Positions 24,346 through 37,694 of a DNA stretch of 64,000 bases are shown one piece after another; the stretch's first letter is position 1, and each line of letters starts with the position of its first letter. This DNA comes from Escherichia coli. GTDB taxonomy: Bacteria; Pseudomonadota; Gammaproteobacteria; Enterobacterales; Enterobacteriaceae. The notes under the pieces were generated by a model. It was not told the origin of the DNA. It worked only from the letters and a program-made list of their open reading frames with translations, and searched no databases. A program made the position numbers and the translations under genes. The stretch is taken from the NCBI RefSeq assembly GCF_003018255.1, contig NZ_CP027440.1; one strand, 5' to 3'.

Positions 24346-25257
24346 TTAAATCCCCGCCCCCTGGCTAAAATGCTCTTCCCCAAACACCCCGGTAGAAAGG
24401 TAGCGATCGCCGCGATCGCAGATGATCGCCACAACCACCGCGCCGGGGTTAGCTTTTGCCACGCGCAGTGCTCCGGCAACCGCGCCGCCGGAGCTGACGC
24501 CACAGAATATTCCTTCCCGCACTGCCAGCTCGCGCATGGTGTTTTCCGCATCGCGCTGATGAATATCCAGCACTTCATCCACCAGCGAAGCGTTGAAAAT
24601 CCCTGGCAGATATTCCGCAGGCCAGCGGCGAATGCCGGGAATGCTACTGCCCTCTTCCGGCTGCAGGCCAACAATGGTCACCGGTTTGGATTGTTCGCGC
24701 ATAAAGCGTGACACACCGGTAATGGTGCCGGTCGTCCCCATACTGGAGACAAAATGCGTAATGCGCCCGCCAGTTTGCTGCCAGATTTCCGGCCCGGTGG
24801 TGGTGTAATGGGCGAAGGGATTATCAGGATTATTGAACTGATCGAGCAGCTTTCCTTCACCACGATTGGCCATCTCCAGCGCCAGATCGCGCGCGCCTTC
24901 CATGCCCTGCTCTTTGGTGACAAGAATCAGTTCCGCACCGTATGTCAGCATCGCTGCACGGCGCTCCTGGCTCATGTTGTCGGGCATCAGCAATTTCATG
25001 CGATAGCCTTTAAGCGCGGCAATCATTGCCAGCGCAATGCCGGTGTTACCACTGGTGGCTTCGATCAGCACGTCACCCGGTTTAATTTCCCCGCGCTTTT
25101 CCGCCTCAACGATCATCGAAAGTGCCGCACGATCTTTTACCGAACCTGCCGGGTTATTGCCTTCCAGTTTCAACCAGACTTCACTGCCGTTATTCGGCCC
25201 CATTCGCTGCAACTTCACCAGAGGCGTATTGCCAATTGTTTGTTCTAATGTACTCAC
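24346..25257 (-). CDS. cysM: O-acetylserine sulfhydrylase B / cysteine synthase B (303 aa)
   Basis: ORF-track; MSTLEQTIGNTPLVKLQRMGPNNGSEVWLKLEGNNPAGSVKDRAAL... Confidence 0.95.
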   Translation of the reverse strand: MSTLEQTIGNTPLVKLQRMGPNNGSEVWLKLEGNNPAGSVKDRAALSMIVEAEKRGEIKPGDVLIEATSGNTGIALAMIAALKGYRMKLLMPDNMSQERRAAMLTYGAELILVTKEQGMEGARDLALEMANRGEGKLLDQFNNPDNPFAHYTTTGPEIWQQTGGRITHFVSSMGTTGTITGVSRFMREQSKPVTIVGLQPEEGSSIPGIRRWPAEYLPGIFNASLVDEVLDIHQRDAENTMRELAVREGIFCGVSSGGAVAGALRVAKANPGAVVVAIICDRGDRYLSTGVFGEEHFSQGAGI

Positions 25258-25280
25258 GATCTATGTCCATACGTGGTGTT

Positions 25281-25316
25281 GCCTGATGCGACGCTTGCGC
25301 GTCTTATCAGGCCTAC
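25281..25316. repeat. REP (repetitive extragenic palindromic) element
   Basis: GCCTGATGCGACGCTTGCGCGTCTTATCAGGCCTAC, the typical E. coli REP palindrome, in the cysA-cysM spacer. Confidence 0.65.
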
Positions 25317-25336
25317 AGGTTACAAACCTTGCCATT

Positions 25337-25372
25337 AAAAAGCCCGGATCGCGGGAAGCGCCTCCGGGCGTT
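25337..25372 (-). terminator. Hairpin plus U-run between cysA and cysM (possible intra-operon attenuator)
   Basis: On the minus strand, stem GCCCGGA / TCCGGGC with 14-nt loop followed by TTTTT, 20 nt after the cysA stop. Confidence 0.45.
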
Positions 25373-25390
25373 TAACATTCACTCAACCTA

Positions 25391-26488
25391 TCAGGCGCTT
25401 TGTGCGAGAGCAAGTTCCTCATCGCGGGTTTCAATACGCTCGTCGCCGTTATACAGCCGCGCATGTTGCAGACCAACGAATAAACGCTCGCCACGCTGCG
25501 GGGCATCGTCGCCATGCATCACAACCGTCAGCGGTTCGTTGTACCACCCCAGCGGCTGCACGACTAATTGGGTGTAGTGGCCTTTCGGGCTGGCTTCCAG
25601 TACCTGTACCGGCAGCGGCGAATCGAGGCTGGTACGGCGGCTGATATCCACTTCCCACGGGCGCAGGAAGAGATCCACCGGCCCCTGATAAGCAGGTGTG
25701 TAGCCCAGCGGCCAGCGATGTGCGCCAACATGGAACTGCCCGCCGCGAATGGTTCCCTGCAGGCGGTTCACTTCGCCCATAAATTCGAGCACAAAGCGGG
25801 TCGCTGGTTCGCGCCATACCTGATCCGGCGCATCAGCCTGCTCGATATTGCCCTGGCTCATCACCACTACACGATCGGCTACTTCGGTCGCTTCTTCCTG
25901 GTCATGGGTCACGAATACGCTGGTAAATTTCAGTTCTTCATGCAGTTGACGCAACCAGCGACGCAGCTCTTTACGCACCTGCGCATCCAGCGCGCCAAAC
26001 GGTTCATCAAGCAGCAGAATTTGCGGTTCCACAGCCAGCGCACGCGCCAGCGCCACGCGCTGTTTCTGCCCGCCGGAAAGCTGTGCCGGATAACGATCCG
26101 CCAGATGCGCAAGCTGGACCATCTCCAGCAATTTTGTCACTTTCGCTTTGATGGCTGCGGCATTCGGGCGCTCGCGACGCGGCAGCACCGTCAGGCCGAA
26201 AGCGATATTGTCGAATACCGTCATATGGCGGAACAGCGCGTAATGCTGAAACACGAAACCGACTTTACGATCGCGCGCATGCAGGCGGCTGACGTCGGTG
26301 CCGTGGAAGCGAATATGCCCGCTGGTTTGATGCTCCAGCCCGGCGATAATCCGCAGCAGCGTGGTTTTCCCGGAACCGGACGGCCCCAGCAACGCGACCA
26401 TCTGACCAGAAGGAATATCCAGCGAGATATCGTTCAGCACCTGGGTGCGACCAAAAGACTTCTTAATATTGGCAATCTCAATGCTCAT
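25391..26488 (-). CDS. cysA: Sulfate/thiosulfate ABC transporter ATPase CysA (365 aa)
   Basis: ORF-track; Walker [13 protein letters not shown] signature [15 protein letters not shown]. Confidence 0.96.
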   Translation of the reverse strand: MSIEIANIKKSFGRTQVLNDISLDIPSGQMVALLGPSGSGKTTLLRIIAGLEHQTSGHIRFHGTDVSRLHARDRKVGFVFQHYALFRHMTVFDNIAFGLTVLPRRERPNAAAIKAKVTKLLEMVQLAHLADRYPAQLSGGQKQRVALARALAVEPQILLLDEPFGALDAQVRKELRRWLRQLHEELKFTSVFVTHDQEEATEVADRVVVMSQGNIEQADAPDQVWREPATRFVLEFMGEVNRLQGTIRGGQFHVGAHRWPLGYTPAYQGPVDLFLRPWEVDISRRTSLDSPLPVQVLEASPKGHYTQLVVQPLGWYNEPLTVVMHGDDAPQRGERLFVGLQHARLYNGDERIETRDEELALAQSA

Positions 26489-27353
26489 GATGTTCCTCCT
26501 GCTGCGCGCGTTTTTCCTGATTCTCCAGGCGCCACTGCAACATACTCTTTAAAAACAGGGTGATAATCGCCATCAGCGTCAACAACGCAGCGGCGGTAAA
26601 GGAGCCGACGGTGTTGTAGTCCTGCTCCAGCAATTCAATCTGTAGCGGCAGCGAAAGTGTTTCGCCGCGAATCGAGCCGGAAACCACCGACACCGCGCCA
26701 AACTCGCCAATTGCGCGGGCGTTGGTCAGCACCACGCCGTAAAGCAGCGCCCAGCGGATGTTCGGCAGCGTGACGCGACGGAACATCTGCCAGCCGGACG
26801 CGCCAAGTAAAATCGCCGCTTCGTCTTCCTGGCTGCCCTGACTTAACATTACCGGTACCAGTTCGCGCACCACAAACGGACACGTCACGAAGATGGTGAC
26901 CAGCACCATACCCGGCCAGGAGAACATAATTTGCAGATTATGTTCATCCAGCCAGCCGCCCAGCGGGCCGTTAGAGCCGTAGAACAGCAGATACACCAGA
27001 CCAGCAACCACCGGCGACACGGCAAACGGAATGTCCAGCAGCGTCAGCAATAGCTGGCGTCCGGGGAAGTTAAAGCGCGTCACCAGCCAGGCCAGCAGAA
27101 TGCCGAACACCAGGTTTACCGGTACGGCAATCAGCGCGATCATCACCGTCAGCCAGATGGCGTGCAGCATGTCCGGATCGGCCAGATTTTGTAACACCGG
27201 CATCAGTCCTTTGCTGAACGCCTGTACGAAGATATAAATCATCGGCACCAGCAGGATGAACGCCGATACCAGCATCCCGATGCCAATCAGAAACCATTTG
27301 CCCCAGTTAATCGGGCGCGCGTCATAACGCTTCAATTGTGTCACTTCCGCCAT
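26478..27353 (-). CDS. cysW: Sulfate/thiosulfate ABC transporter permease CysW (291 aa)
   Basis: ORF-track; overlaps the cysA start by 11 nt. Confidence 0.95.
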   Translation of the reverse strand: MAEVTQLKRYDARPINWGKWFLIGIGMLVSAFILLVPMIYIFVQAFSKGLMPVLQNLADPDMLHAIWLTVMIALIAVPVNLVFGILLAWLVTRFNFPGRQLLLTLLDIPFAVSPVVAGLVYLLFYGSNGPLGGWLDEHNLQIMFSWPGMVLVTIFVTCPFVVRELVPVMLSQGSQEDEAAILLGASGWQMFRRVTLPNIRWALLYGVVLTNARAIGEFGAVSVVSGSIRGETLSLPLQIELLEQDYNTVGSFTAAALLTLMAIITLFLKSMLQWRLENQEKRAQQEEHHEH

Positions 27354-28186
27354 TAATGACCTACCACACGCCGACCAAAGCGACTTTGCAGAGTGTTAAT
27401 TGAGAACAGCAACAGCAGCGATGCCGCGAGGATCACCGAGGCAATCGCGCTCGCCGCCGGGTAATCAAACTCCTGTAAGCGAACAAAGATCATCAGCGAC
27501 GTCACTTCTGTTTTCCAGGCGATATTCCCGGCGATAAAAATCACCGCGCCAAACTCACCGAGGCTGCGGGTAAACGACAGCGCCACACCCGCCACCAGCG
27601 CCGGAGATAGTTCCGGCAGCACCACTTTGCGAAAACTCTGCCAGCGTGTTGCGCCGAGCGTTTCTGCCGCCTCTTCATATTCCGGGCCTAACTCTTCCAG
27701 CACCGGCTGCACGGTGCGCACCACAAACGGAATGCTGGTAAAGGCCATCGCCACCGCAATCCCCAGCCAGGTATAGGTGACTTTGATATCAAACTTCGCC
27801 AGCCATTCACCGTAAAAACCGTTCACGGAAAAGAGCGAGGCCAGCGTTAAACCGGCGACTGCCGTTGGCAGCGCAAAGGGTAAATCCATCAGCGCATCAA
27901 GCAGCGTGCGACCCGGAAAGCGATAGCGGGTTAAGATCCACGCCATCAGCAGACCGAAAACGCCGTTAAAAATCGATGCCACAAACGCCGACAGCAGCGT
28001 CACTTTATAGGCTGCGACCACCTGCGGGTTGGTGATCACCTCCCAGTACTGCGCCCAGCTCATCTGGGCCAGTTGCATCACCAGCGCGGAGAGCGGCAGC
28101 AGCAAAATCAGGCACACAAACAGCAGACTGGTGCCGAGGCTTAAGGTAAAGCCCGGCAGCACGCGTCTTGAAGAAACTGCAAACAT
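27353..28186 (-). CDS. cysU: Sulfate/thiosulfate ABC transporter permease CysU/CysT (277 aa)
   Basis: ORF-track; 1-nt overlap with cysW. Confidence 0.95.
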   Translation of the reverse strand: MFAVSSRRVLPGFTLSLGTSLLFVCLILLLPLSALVMQLAQMSWAQYWEVITNPQVVAAYKVTLLSAFVASIFNGVFGLLMAWILTRYRFPGRTLLDALMDLPFALPTAVAGLTLASLFSVNGFYGEWLAKFDIKVTYTWLGIAVAMAFTSIPFVVRTVQPVLEELGPEYEEAAETLGATRWQSFRKVVLPELSPALVAGVALSFTRSLGEFGAVIFIAGNIAWKTEVTSLMIFVRLQEFDYPAASAIASVILAASLLLLFSINTLQSRFGRRVVGH

Positions 28187-29202
28187 TACTTACGCCCCGC
28201 CGCTAACAGCTTGTCTAACTCGCCGCCGCTGGTGAAGTGGGTTTTCATCACTTCCGGCCAGGAGCCAAATTTATCTTCCACGCGGAACAGCTCGGTCTGC
28301 GGGAATTTATCTTTCAGTTTGCCCATGACTTCCGGGTTATTTACGCGGTAGTAATAGTCGGTGATGATGGTTTGCGCCTGCGGGCTGTAGAGCCAGTTCA
28401 GGTAGGCTTTTGCCGCTTTTTCCGTGCCGTTGGCCTGTACGTTTTTATCCACCCACGCCACCGGGAATTCCGCCAGAATGTTGGTTTTCGGAATCACCAC
28501 TTCAAAGCCCTGCGCTTCATACTGTTTACGGATGTTGTTCACTTCCGACTCGAAGCTGATCAGCACATCGCCCAGGCCGCGCTCGGCAAAAGTGGTGGTC
28601 GCGCCACGACCGCCAGTATCGAACACTTCAACGTTTTTCAGGAACTGGGTCATAAACTGTTCGGTTTTGGCTTTATCACCACCGTCGGCTTTGTCCGCTG
28701 CGCCCCATGCCGCAAGGTAGGTATAACGCGCGTTACCCGACGTTTTCGGGTTCGGGAAAATCAGCTTCACGTCAGAGCGTACCAGGTCGTTCCAGTCGTG
28801 GATATTCTTTGGGTTGCCCTTACGCACCAGGAAGCCCATGGTGGAGTAGAACGGCGAGCTATTATTCGGCAGGCGCGACTGCCAGTCCGCTGGGATCAGC
28901 TTGCCTTTATCGTGCAGGATTTGTACGTCGGTCACCTGGTTATAAGTGACAACGTCGGCTTTTAAACCCTGCAAAATTGCCAGCGCCTGTTTTGATGATC
29001 CGGCATGAGATTGTTTAATCGTCAGTTTGTCGCCACCGTTATCTTTTGCCCATTGTTGCTCAAACGGCGGGTTCAGGGCGGCAAACAGCTCGCGGGAGAC
29101 GTCATAAGAACTGTTCAGCAGTTCCGTTGCCTGTACATGGCCCGCCAGTAGCAGAGAAGCAACCAGCACGAGTGAGTTCTTTTTCAGTAAGTTAACGGCC
29201 AT
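28186..29202 (-). CDS. cysP: Periplasmic thiosulfate-binding protein CysP (338 aa)
   Basis: ORF-track; signal peptide then [16 protein letters not shown]...; 1-nt overlap with cysU. Confidence 0.95.
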   Translation of the reverse strand: MAVNLLKKNSLVLVASLLLAGHVQATELLNSSYDVSRELFAALNPPFEQQWAKDNGGDKLTIKQSHAGSSKQALAILQGLKADVVTYNQVTDVQILHDKGKLIPADWQSRLPNNSSPFYSTMGFLVRKGNPKNIHDWNDLVRSDVKLIFPNPKTSGNARYTYLAAWGAADKADGGDKAKTEQFMTQFLKNVEVFDTGGRGATTTFAERGLGDVLISFESEVNNIRKQYEAQGFEVVIPKTNILAEFPVAWVDKNVQANGTEKAAKAYLNWLYSPQAQTIITDYYYRVNNPEVMGKLKDKFPQTELFRVEDKFGSWPEVMKTHFTSGGELDKLLAAGRK

Positions 29203-29359
29203 TGCGCACCCTTATAAATTTAATGACTTTCTAATAGCCATCATATTTATAACGGACGTGAAAGGAGTAACGGTTTTATATACCGTTTGGTGATTTGGAA
29301 GTTGAAAAGGGAATAAGACGAAATCCTCCCCACAAATGCAGGGAGGAAACAGAGGTGAA

Positions 29360-30151
29360 TCAGATGCCGACGCTAACCGTCTCCGGCAGTGTGCTGCCGC
29401 CATCAATCACATTCTGTGTACCGGTTAAATAGCTGGATTCATCCGATGCGAGGAAGGCCGCCAGTTCGCCGACTTCCAGCGGATCGGCGAGGCGACGCAT
29501 CGGGATTGCTTTCGCCATTTCAGTCAGCACCGATTCTGGATCTTCCGGGTTCGACTGGCGGGCAATGCTTTCCGCCATTGGCGTGCGAACGTATCCAGGG
29601 CAGATGGCGTTAACGCGAATACCAGACTGCGCGTACTCCACCGCCAGCGATTTAGTCAGGCCAACAATCGCCGCTTTCGTTAAGGCGTACGCCGTTTCGC
29701 CCGGGTCTGCCACCATATCGCCAGTGACTGAAGACATCATCACAATCCGGCCATCTTTGCGGGCAATCATCTCCGGCAGCACCGCCTTCGTGACGTTCCA
29801 TACGCCTTTTATATTGATATCAATATGGAAATCGCGATCTTCATCGCTCATATCAAGGAAACTGCCCAGACGACAAACGCCTGCGTTATTCACCAGAATA
29901 TCAATGCGCCCTTCTTTTTCCTTAGCGCGCTTAATAGCTGCGGCGACCGACGCCGGGTCACGCACATCGGCGACAACCGCCGTACAGCGATGACCACGGC
30001 CACACAGTTCGTCCGCCAGCTTTTCGATCTCAGGGGAGATATCCAGCAAGATTAGGTTTGCGCCATGACGCGCAAAAGTTCTGGCAATTCCTTCGCCAAT
30101 TCCCTGCAATGCGCCCGTAATCAGTGCTGTCTTGCCCGTGAGTTTACCCAT
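29360..30151 (-). CDS. ucpA: Short-chain dehydrogenase/reductase UcpA (263 aa)
   Basis: ORF-track frame 29360..30217; start placed at ATG 30151 (MGKLTGKTALITGALQGIGEG...); SDR YxxxK catalytic motif (YALTK). Confidence 0.9.
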   Translation of the reverse strand: MGKLTGKTALITGALQGIGEGIARTFARHGANLILLDISPEIEKLADELCGRGHRCTAVVADVRDPASVAAAIKRAKEKEGRIDILVNNAGVCRLGSFLDMSDEDRDFHIDINIKGVWNVTKAVLPEMIARKDGRIVMMSSVTGDMVADPGETAYALTKAAIVGLTKSLAVEYAQSGIRVNAICPGYVRTPMAESIARQSNPEDPESVLTEMAKAIPMRRLADPLEVGELAAFLASDESSYLTGTQNVIDGGSTLPETVSVGI

Positions 30152-30279
30152 TTTAATGCTCTCCTTGTTAATACAGAGCGTTACACTCCATTCCCTCTGA
30201 AAATACAGGATAAACAAAATATTGCTGCGGATCAGCTCACTAATTCAGGAAAATCTCAATCCAGTCGCTGCTTTATGCA

Positions 30280-31137
30280 TCATTTCAGGCGTTGCGTTAG
30301 CTCACTGCTGCGCTCAATCATTTTCAATGACTCCACATCATTGAGTTGCACAAGGCCAACAAACAGTAAATCGGTAACAGAATTTTGCGCCGTGCGGGTG
30401 GACATCGACGAGCTGCGCCATTCGGTTTCGCCAGAAACGGTATCGAGGGTGTAATGCGCCAGCCGCCGCAGCGGGGAATCGGTTAATGAGGTAATGGCAA
30501 TCACCGTTGCCCCCTGCTTTCGCGCTGCCTCGGCGCACAAGACAATCTCTTTTTTACTGCCACTGTAAGAGATAGCGATTTGTACATCGCCTTTTTTTAG
30601 CGCCTGAGAAACGGTGGCTTGTACGTGGGTGTCGGCCTCACAGGCCACGCGATAACCAATTTTCATCAGTTTGAACGACAGATCGCGCCCCACCAGCGCC
30701 GACCCGCCCAGGCCCGTTATCTGGATAAACGGTGCTTTACTGATGACCTCAATGATTTTTTGCAGCCGCGCGTAGTCAAACAACGCGCAGGTTTGCTCCA
30801 GCGCCTGCTCTTTTTCGCGATTCAGTTTACGGGCAATCACTTCCAGCGAATCATCACTGGTAATCGAACTGTGCAGGTGCAGCGCCGTGGCATTCGTTTT
30901 CTCCCGGCTGGCACTGTATTCGCCAATTAACGCCATACGCAATTCAGTAAATCCTTGCGCGCCGAGCTTCTGGGCAAACTTCACAATACTCGACTGGCTG
31001 ATGCCGAGCTGTTTCGCCATCTTGCGCGAAGAGACGGATTTCAGCTCACTCACGTTGGCCCGCAGAAAGTCAGCAATTTTTTGCTCGTTCCCGGTAAATT
31101 CACTTTCCGCATTGCGTATTTTCGTCAGGTACAACAT
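30280..31137 (-). CDS. murR: RpiR-family repressor of MurNAc catabolism MurR (285 aa; HTH plus SIS domain)
   Basis: ORF-track frame 30280..31392; start placed at ATG 31137 ([25 protein letters not shown]...); divergent from murQ. Confidence 0.9.
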
Positions 31138-31300
31138 CTTCCACTCTCCTGGGCTGGCAGCAAAAATTCCGCTTAAGTTCTTATGACGCTCTTCACACTC
31201 TGCGAGTGTAGACTCAATGATTCCTTTAAGTCTGTCAATTCGGGATATATGATTCCATACATCTGCAATTATTTGATCGTAAATAGTAAGGTCACCACCG

Positions 31301-32197
31301 ATGCAACTTGAAAAGATGATTACCGAAGGCTCGAACGCCGCTTCGGCTGAAATTGACCGCGTATCAACGCTGGAAATGTGCCGGATTATCAACGATGAAG
31401 ATAAAACCGTACCACTCGCCGTTGAGCGCGTACTGCCGGATATCGCCGCAGCGATCGATGTTATCCACGCCCAGGTCAGCGGCGGCGGTCGTCTGATTTA
31501 TCTCGGTGCGGGAACATCAGGTCGTCTGGGGATTCTGGATGCCAGCGAATGTCCGCCGACCTACGGCGTGAAACCGGGTCTGGTGGTTGGATTAATTGCT
31601 GGCGGCGAATATGCCATTCAGCACGCGGTGGAAGGCGCGGAAGATAGCCAGGAAGGCGGTGTGAATGATCTGAAAAACATCGGATTAACCGCGCAGGATG
31701 TGGTGGTTGGTATTGCCGCCAGTGGTCGCACGCCGTATGTGATTGCCGGACTGGAATACGCGCGCCAGCTCGGCTGCCGCACAGTGGGAATTTCCTGTAA
31801 TCCAGGGAGCGCGGTTTCCACCACCGCTGAGTTTGCTATTACGCCGATCGTTGGTCCCGAGGTGGTTACCGGTTCTTCACGAATGAAAGCAGGCACAGCG
31901 CAGAAACTGGTGCTCAATATGCTCTCCACCGGGCTGATGATTAAATCCGGCAAAGTGTTCGGCAACCTAATGGTCGATGTGGTCGCCACCAACGAAAAAT
32001 TGCATGTGCGCCAGGTCAATATCGTCAAAAACGCTACCGGATGTAGCGCAGAGCAAGCGGAAGCAGCGTTGATTGCCTGCGAGCGCAACTGTAAAACGGC
32101 CATTGTGATGGTGCTGAAAAATCTCGATGCCGCAGAAGCTAAAAAACGCCTGGATCAACACGGCGGCTTTATTCGTCAGGTTTTAGACAAGGAATAA
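31301..32197 (+). CDS. murQ: N-acetylmuramic acid 6-phosphate etherase MurQ (298 aa)
   Basis: ORF-track; SIS-domain enzyme [26 protein letters not shown]... Confidence 0.95.
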
Positions 32198-32200
32198 CCC

Positions 32201-33625
<1,425 letters not shown>

Positions 33626-33629
33626 TAAT

Positions 33630-34931
33630 ATGAAACGGACAATGCTCTATCTTTCTCTGCTGGCTGTCAGCTGTAGCGTCAGCGCCGCAAAATACCCTGT
33701 TCTGACAGAAAGTTCGCCAGAGAAAGCAGGGTTTAACGTCGAACGGCTTAATCAGATGGATCGCTGGATAAGCCAGCAAGTGGACGCCGGTTATCCCGGC
33801 GTAAACCTGCTGATTATAAAAGATAATCAGATTGTTTATCGCAAAGCCTGGGGCGCGGCGAAAAAGTACGATGGCAGCGCGTTAATGGCGCAGCCTGTCA
33901 AAGCCACCACCGGGACGCTGTATGACCTGGCTTCCAATACCAAGATGTACGCCACTAACTTCGCCCTGCAAAAGCTGATGAGCGAAGGCAAACTGCATCC
34001 TGACGATCGGATTGCGAAATATATTCCAGGGTTTGCCGACAGCCCGAACGATGCGATCAAAGGCAAAAACACGCTGCGGATTTCTGATCTGCTGCATCAC
34101 AGCGGCGGTTTCCCGGCAGATCCGCAATACCCGAATAAAGCGGTCGCGGGCGCGTTATATTCCCAGGATAAAGGCCAGACGCTGGAGATGATCAAGCGCA
34201 CACCGCTGGAGTATCAACCCTGCAGCAAGCATATCTACAGCGATGTCGATTATATGCTGCTTGGATTTATCGTCGAGTCGGTTACCGGTCAGCCACTTGA
34301 CCGCTATGTTGAAGAGTCGATTTATCGCCCGCTCGGCCTGACGCACACGGTATTTAATCCGCTGCTGAAAGGCTTTAAACCACAGCAAATTGCCGCCACG
34401 GAACTGAACGGCAATACCCGCGATGGCGTGATTCACTTCCCGAATATCCGCACTTCCACTCTCTGGGGTCAGGTGCACGATGAAAAAGCCTTTTATTCGA
34501 TGGGCGGCGTTTCCGGGCACGCAGGTTTGTTTTCCGATACCGGCGATATTGCGGTGTTAATGCAAACGATGCTGAACGGCGGTGGCTATGGTGATGTGCA
34601 GCTGTTCAATGCGGAAACGGTGAAGATGTTCACCACCAGCTCTAAGGAAGATGCCACTTTTGGCCTTGGCTGGCGCGTGAATGGTAATGCCACCATGACG
34701 CCGACGTTTGGCACGCTGGCAAGCCCGCAAACCTACGGTCACACTGGCTGGACCGGGACGGTGACCGTTATCGATCCGGTGAATCATATGGCGATTGTGA
34801 TGTTAAGCAACAAGCCACATTCGCCAGTAGCCGATCCGCAAAAGAATCCCAATATGTTTGAAAGCGGTCAGTTGCCGATTGCAACTTATGGTTGGGTTGT
34901 TGATCAGGTGTATGCGGCGTTAAAGCAGTAA
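33630..34931 (+). CDS. yfeW: Penicillin-binding protein 4B / beta-lactamase-fold protein YfeW (433 aa)
   Basis: ORF-track frame 33543..34931; start placed at ATG 33630 (MKRTMLYLSLLAVSCSVSA...), 4 nt after the murP stop; SxxK motif (SNTK). Confidence 0.85.
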   Translation: MKRTMLYLSLLAVSCSVSAAKYPVLTESSPEKAGFNVERLNQMDRWISQQVDAGYPGVNLLIIKDNQIVYRKAWGAAKKYDGSALMAQPVKATTGTLYDLASNTKMYATNFALQKLMSEGKLHPDDRIAKYIPGFADSPNDAIKGKNTLRISDLLHHSGGFPADPQYPNKAVAGALYSQDKGQTLEMIKRTPLEYQPCSKHIYSDVDYMLLGFIVESVTGQPLDRYVEESIYRPLGLTHTVFNPLLKGFKPQQIAATELNGNTRDGVIHFPNIRTSTLWGQVHDEKAFYSMGGVSGHAGLFSDTGDIAVLMQTMLNGGGYGDVQLFNAETVKMFTTSSKEDATFGLGWRVNGNATMTPTFGTLASPQTYGHTGWTGTVTVIDPVNHMAIVMLSNKPHSPVADPQKNPNMFESGQLPIATYGWVVDQVYAALKQ

Positions 34932-34932
34932 T

Positions 34933-34969
34933 AAAAAGGCCAGTCAGTTGTGATACTGGCTGGCCTTTA
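34933..34969. terminator. Hairpin between convergent yfeW and yfeX (probable bidirectional terminator)
   Basis: Imperfect stem GGCCAGTCAG / CTGGCTGGCC flanked by A-run and TTTAAT. Confidence 0.55.
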
Positions 34970-34988
34970 ATCATCGAATCAGAAACGC

Positions 34989-35972
<984 letters not shown>

Positions 35973-35983
35973 TCAGACGCAAA

Positions 35984-36559
35984 TTAACGCCGCCAGATAA
36001 TTTTACTGACTTTCCAGTTTTTCAGGGTATCGTCCGAAGGCATTAACCCTTCAGGACCACTCCATTCCCCGCTGAACTGGTAGCTAATATGTTGACTGCC
36101 TTCGGCTTTACATTCGACGGCACGATTATCATCACCATCAGCTTTTTGGCAATTGCCAAATGCTTTGCTGTAAAGGTCGCTAAACGGTGTACCGATTTTA
36201 ACACCGGTGTCAGCAGGAATATCGCTATCCAGCACGTCAATGCGACTGATCGTGCCTTGATCGCCGTTAATCACCATCGCCACGTTGTCGCCCTTCATCA
36301 CTTCAAAAAAGCGCACCACGTTGCCGTTCGCGGTTTTCATTCCGCTGCGCAGGCGATAATCGCCATCAAGCGCATCGGCAATGGCTTGTTCTTGCAGTGG
36401 TGTGGACGCCGTTAATTCACCAACGCCCTGCTCGCTCACTTTGGTGGATGATCCAAACCAGTTCCACGGATTAGCGGCAGACCAGTTAACGGACGACATC
36501 GTGGAACAGCCGGTCAGCATCAACGGCATAGCGCATAACATTAAACGCAGCGATTTCAT
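35984..36559 (-). CDS. yfeY: Lipoprotein YfeY (191 aa)
   Basis: ORF-track; lipobox LTGC in MKSLRLMLCAMPLMLTGCST. Confidence 0.85.
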   Translation of the reverse strand: MKSLRLMLCAMPLMLTGCSTMSSVNWSAANPWNWFGSSTKVSEQGVGELTASTPLQEQAIADALDGDYRLRSGMKTANGNVVRFFEVMKGDNVAMVINGDQGTISRIDVLDSDIPADTGVKIGTPFSDLYSKAFGNCQKADGDDNRAVECKAEGSQHISYQFSGEWSGPEGLMPSDDTLKNWKVSKIIWRR

Positions 36560-36619
36560 GTCACTTCCTTTGGTTATTCAATAACGTTGCTTGGAGTGCA
36601 AATTCACCAAAAAGTGCCG

Positions 36620-37069
36620 TTATTCTTTTTCTTCATTAAAACAAGCGCGTAAACGTCGATTGGTCAGCAGCCAGATTAACGCCACAATATCCGCCACTAC
36701 CAGCGCCAGACCGATACCGCTAACGGATTCACCGTTCAGCCACAACCACGGCTGCCAGCAAAGTAAAACCACTTGCGCCAACAGCAACAGAAAATAGAGC
36801 ACATGCCAGATACGGGGAAATGAAGCCCGCCGACCACTCAGCAAAAACGCCAGCACCGCCGGAATGCCGGGAATCAACCCCAGCCAGAAATTATCGTGAT
36901 CGGGATAAAACAGATTTAGCAGTGCAGTACCCTGCTCGCGCGACGCACCGGCAATGACAAACAGCACCCAGGTTCGCGCCTGAAGCAATAGCACAAGCCA
37001 GAAGAGCAAGGGTAAACGCAGGCGACCGTACGCATCATAATGGACAGGATGAAACTCAGTACTCTTCAT
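36620..37069 (-). CDS. yfeZ: Inner-membrane protein YfeZ (about 149 aa)
   Basis: ORF-track 36620..37075; hydrophobic; start uncertain between the two Met codons (MKMKSTEF); overlaps the ypeA 3' end. Confidence 0.75.
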
Positions 37070-37481
37070 CTTCAATCAAACGCTTACCCAGACTCAGCAC
37101 GTCGGCGTGTTCATATCCCAGGCGTTCATACATTCCGAGCACCATGTCGTTATCTTCCGGCACGTTGATCTGAATTTTCGGGCAGCCGCGAGCAATCAGC
37201 TTTTTCTCCAACCGATTAAGCAACGCATTAGCAATCCCACGCCCACGAAACTCTGGATGCACGCCAAGATAATAAGCAGACCCGCGATGCCCGTCATAAC
37301 CGCCCATCACCGTTCCGACCACTTCACCGTTCACCTCAGCGACCAGAAACAAACTGACGTCATGGTTCATCTTACGCTCAATGTCCATTTCCGGATCGTT
37401 CCACGGACGCAGCAAGTCGCAACGCTCCCAAAGGGTGATGACCTCTTCGAAATCTTCCTGGCGAAATACGCGTATCTCCAT
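37056..37481 (-). CDS. ypeA: GNAT-family N-acetyltransferase YpeA (141 aa)
   Basis: ORF-track frame 37056..37592; start placed at ATG 37481 ([28 protein letters not shown]...). Confidence 0.85.
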
Positions 37482-37694
37482 GGTATTCGTTACCTTTTTG
37501 CGGGTTAAAAGGCTGATTATGGCGTGAACGGTCGAATTAGCCAATATCTGACGAAAATCGGTTGAAAAAGTGGCATAATGGGGAGTTGTCAACTATTGAA
37601 ATGAAAAGTAAAACAATTCTCAACAGCAAACGGTCGTAACGGATTACGCGATACGATATAACATCTGGAACTTTATTATTACAACTCAGGCCGT

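Noticed and set aside
25568-26563. 331-aa plus-strand ORF inside cysA/cysW
   Set aside because: Antisense to cysA, whose ABC-ATPase motifs are unambiguous on the other strand.
30280-31392. 370-aa extended murR ORF overlapping the murQ start
   Set aside because: The upstream 85 codons are simply open frame through the divergent promoter region; the conserved MurR N-terminus begins at ATG 31137. Similar 5' over-extensions in the ORF track were trimmed for pdeA, xapR, zipA, ucpA, yfeW, yfeX, ypeA, eutG, eutM, eutS, tktB and nudK.
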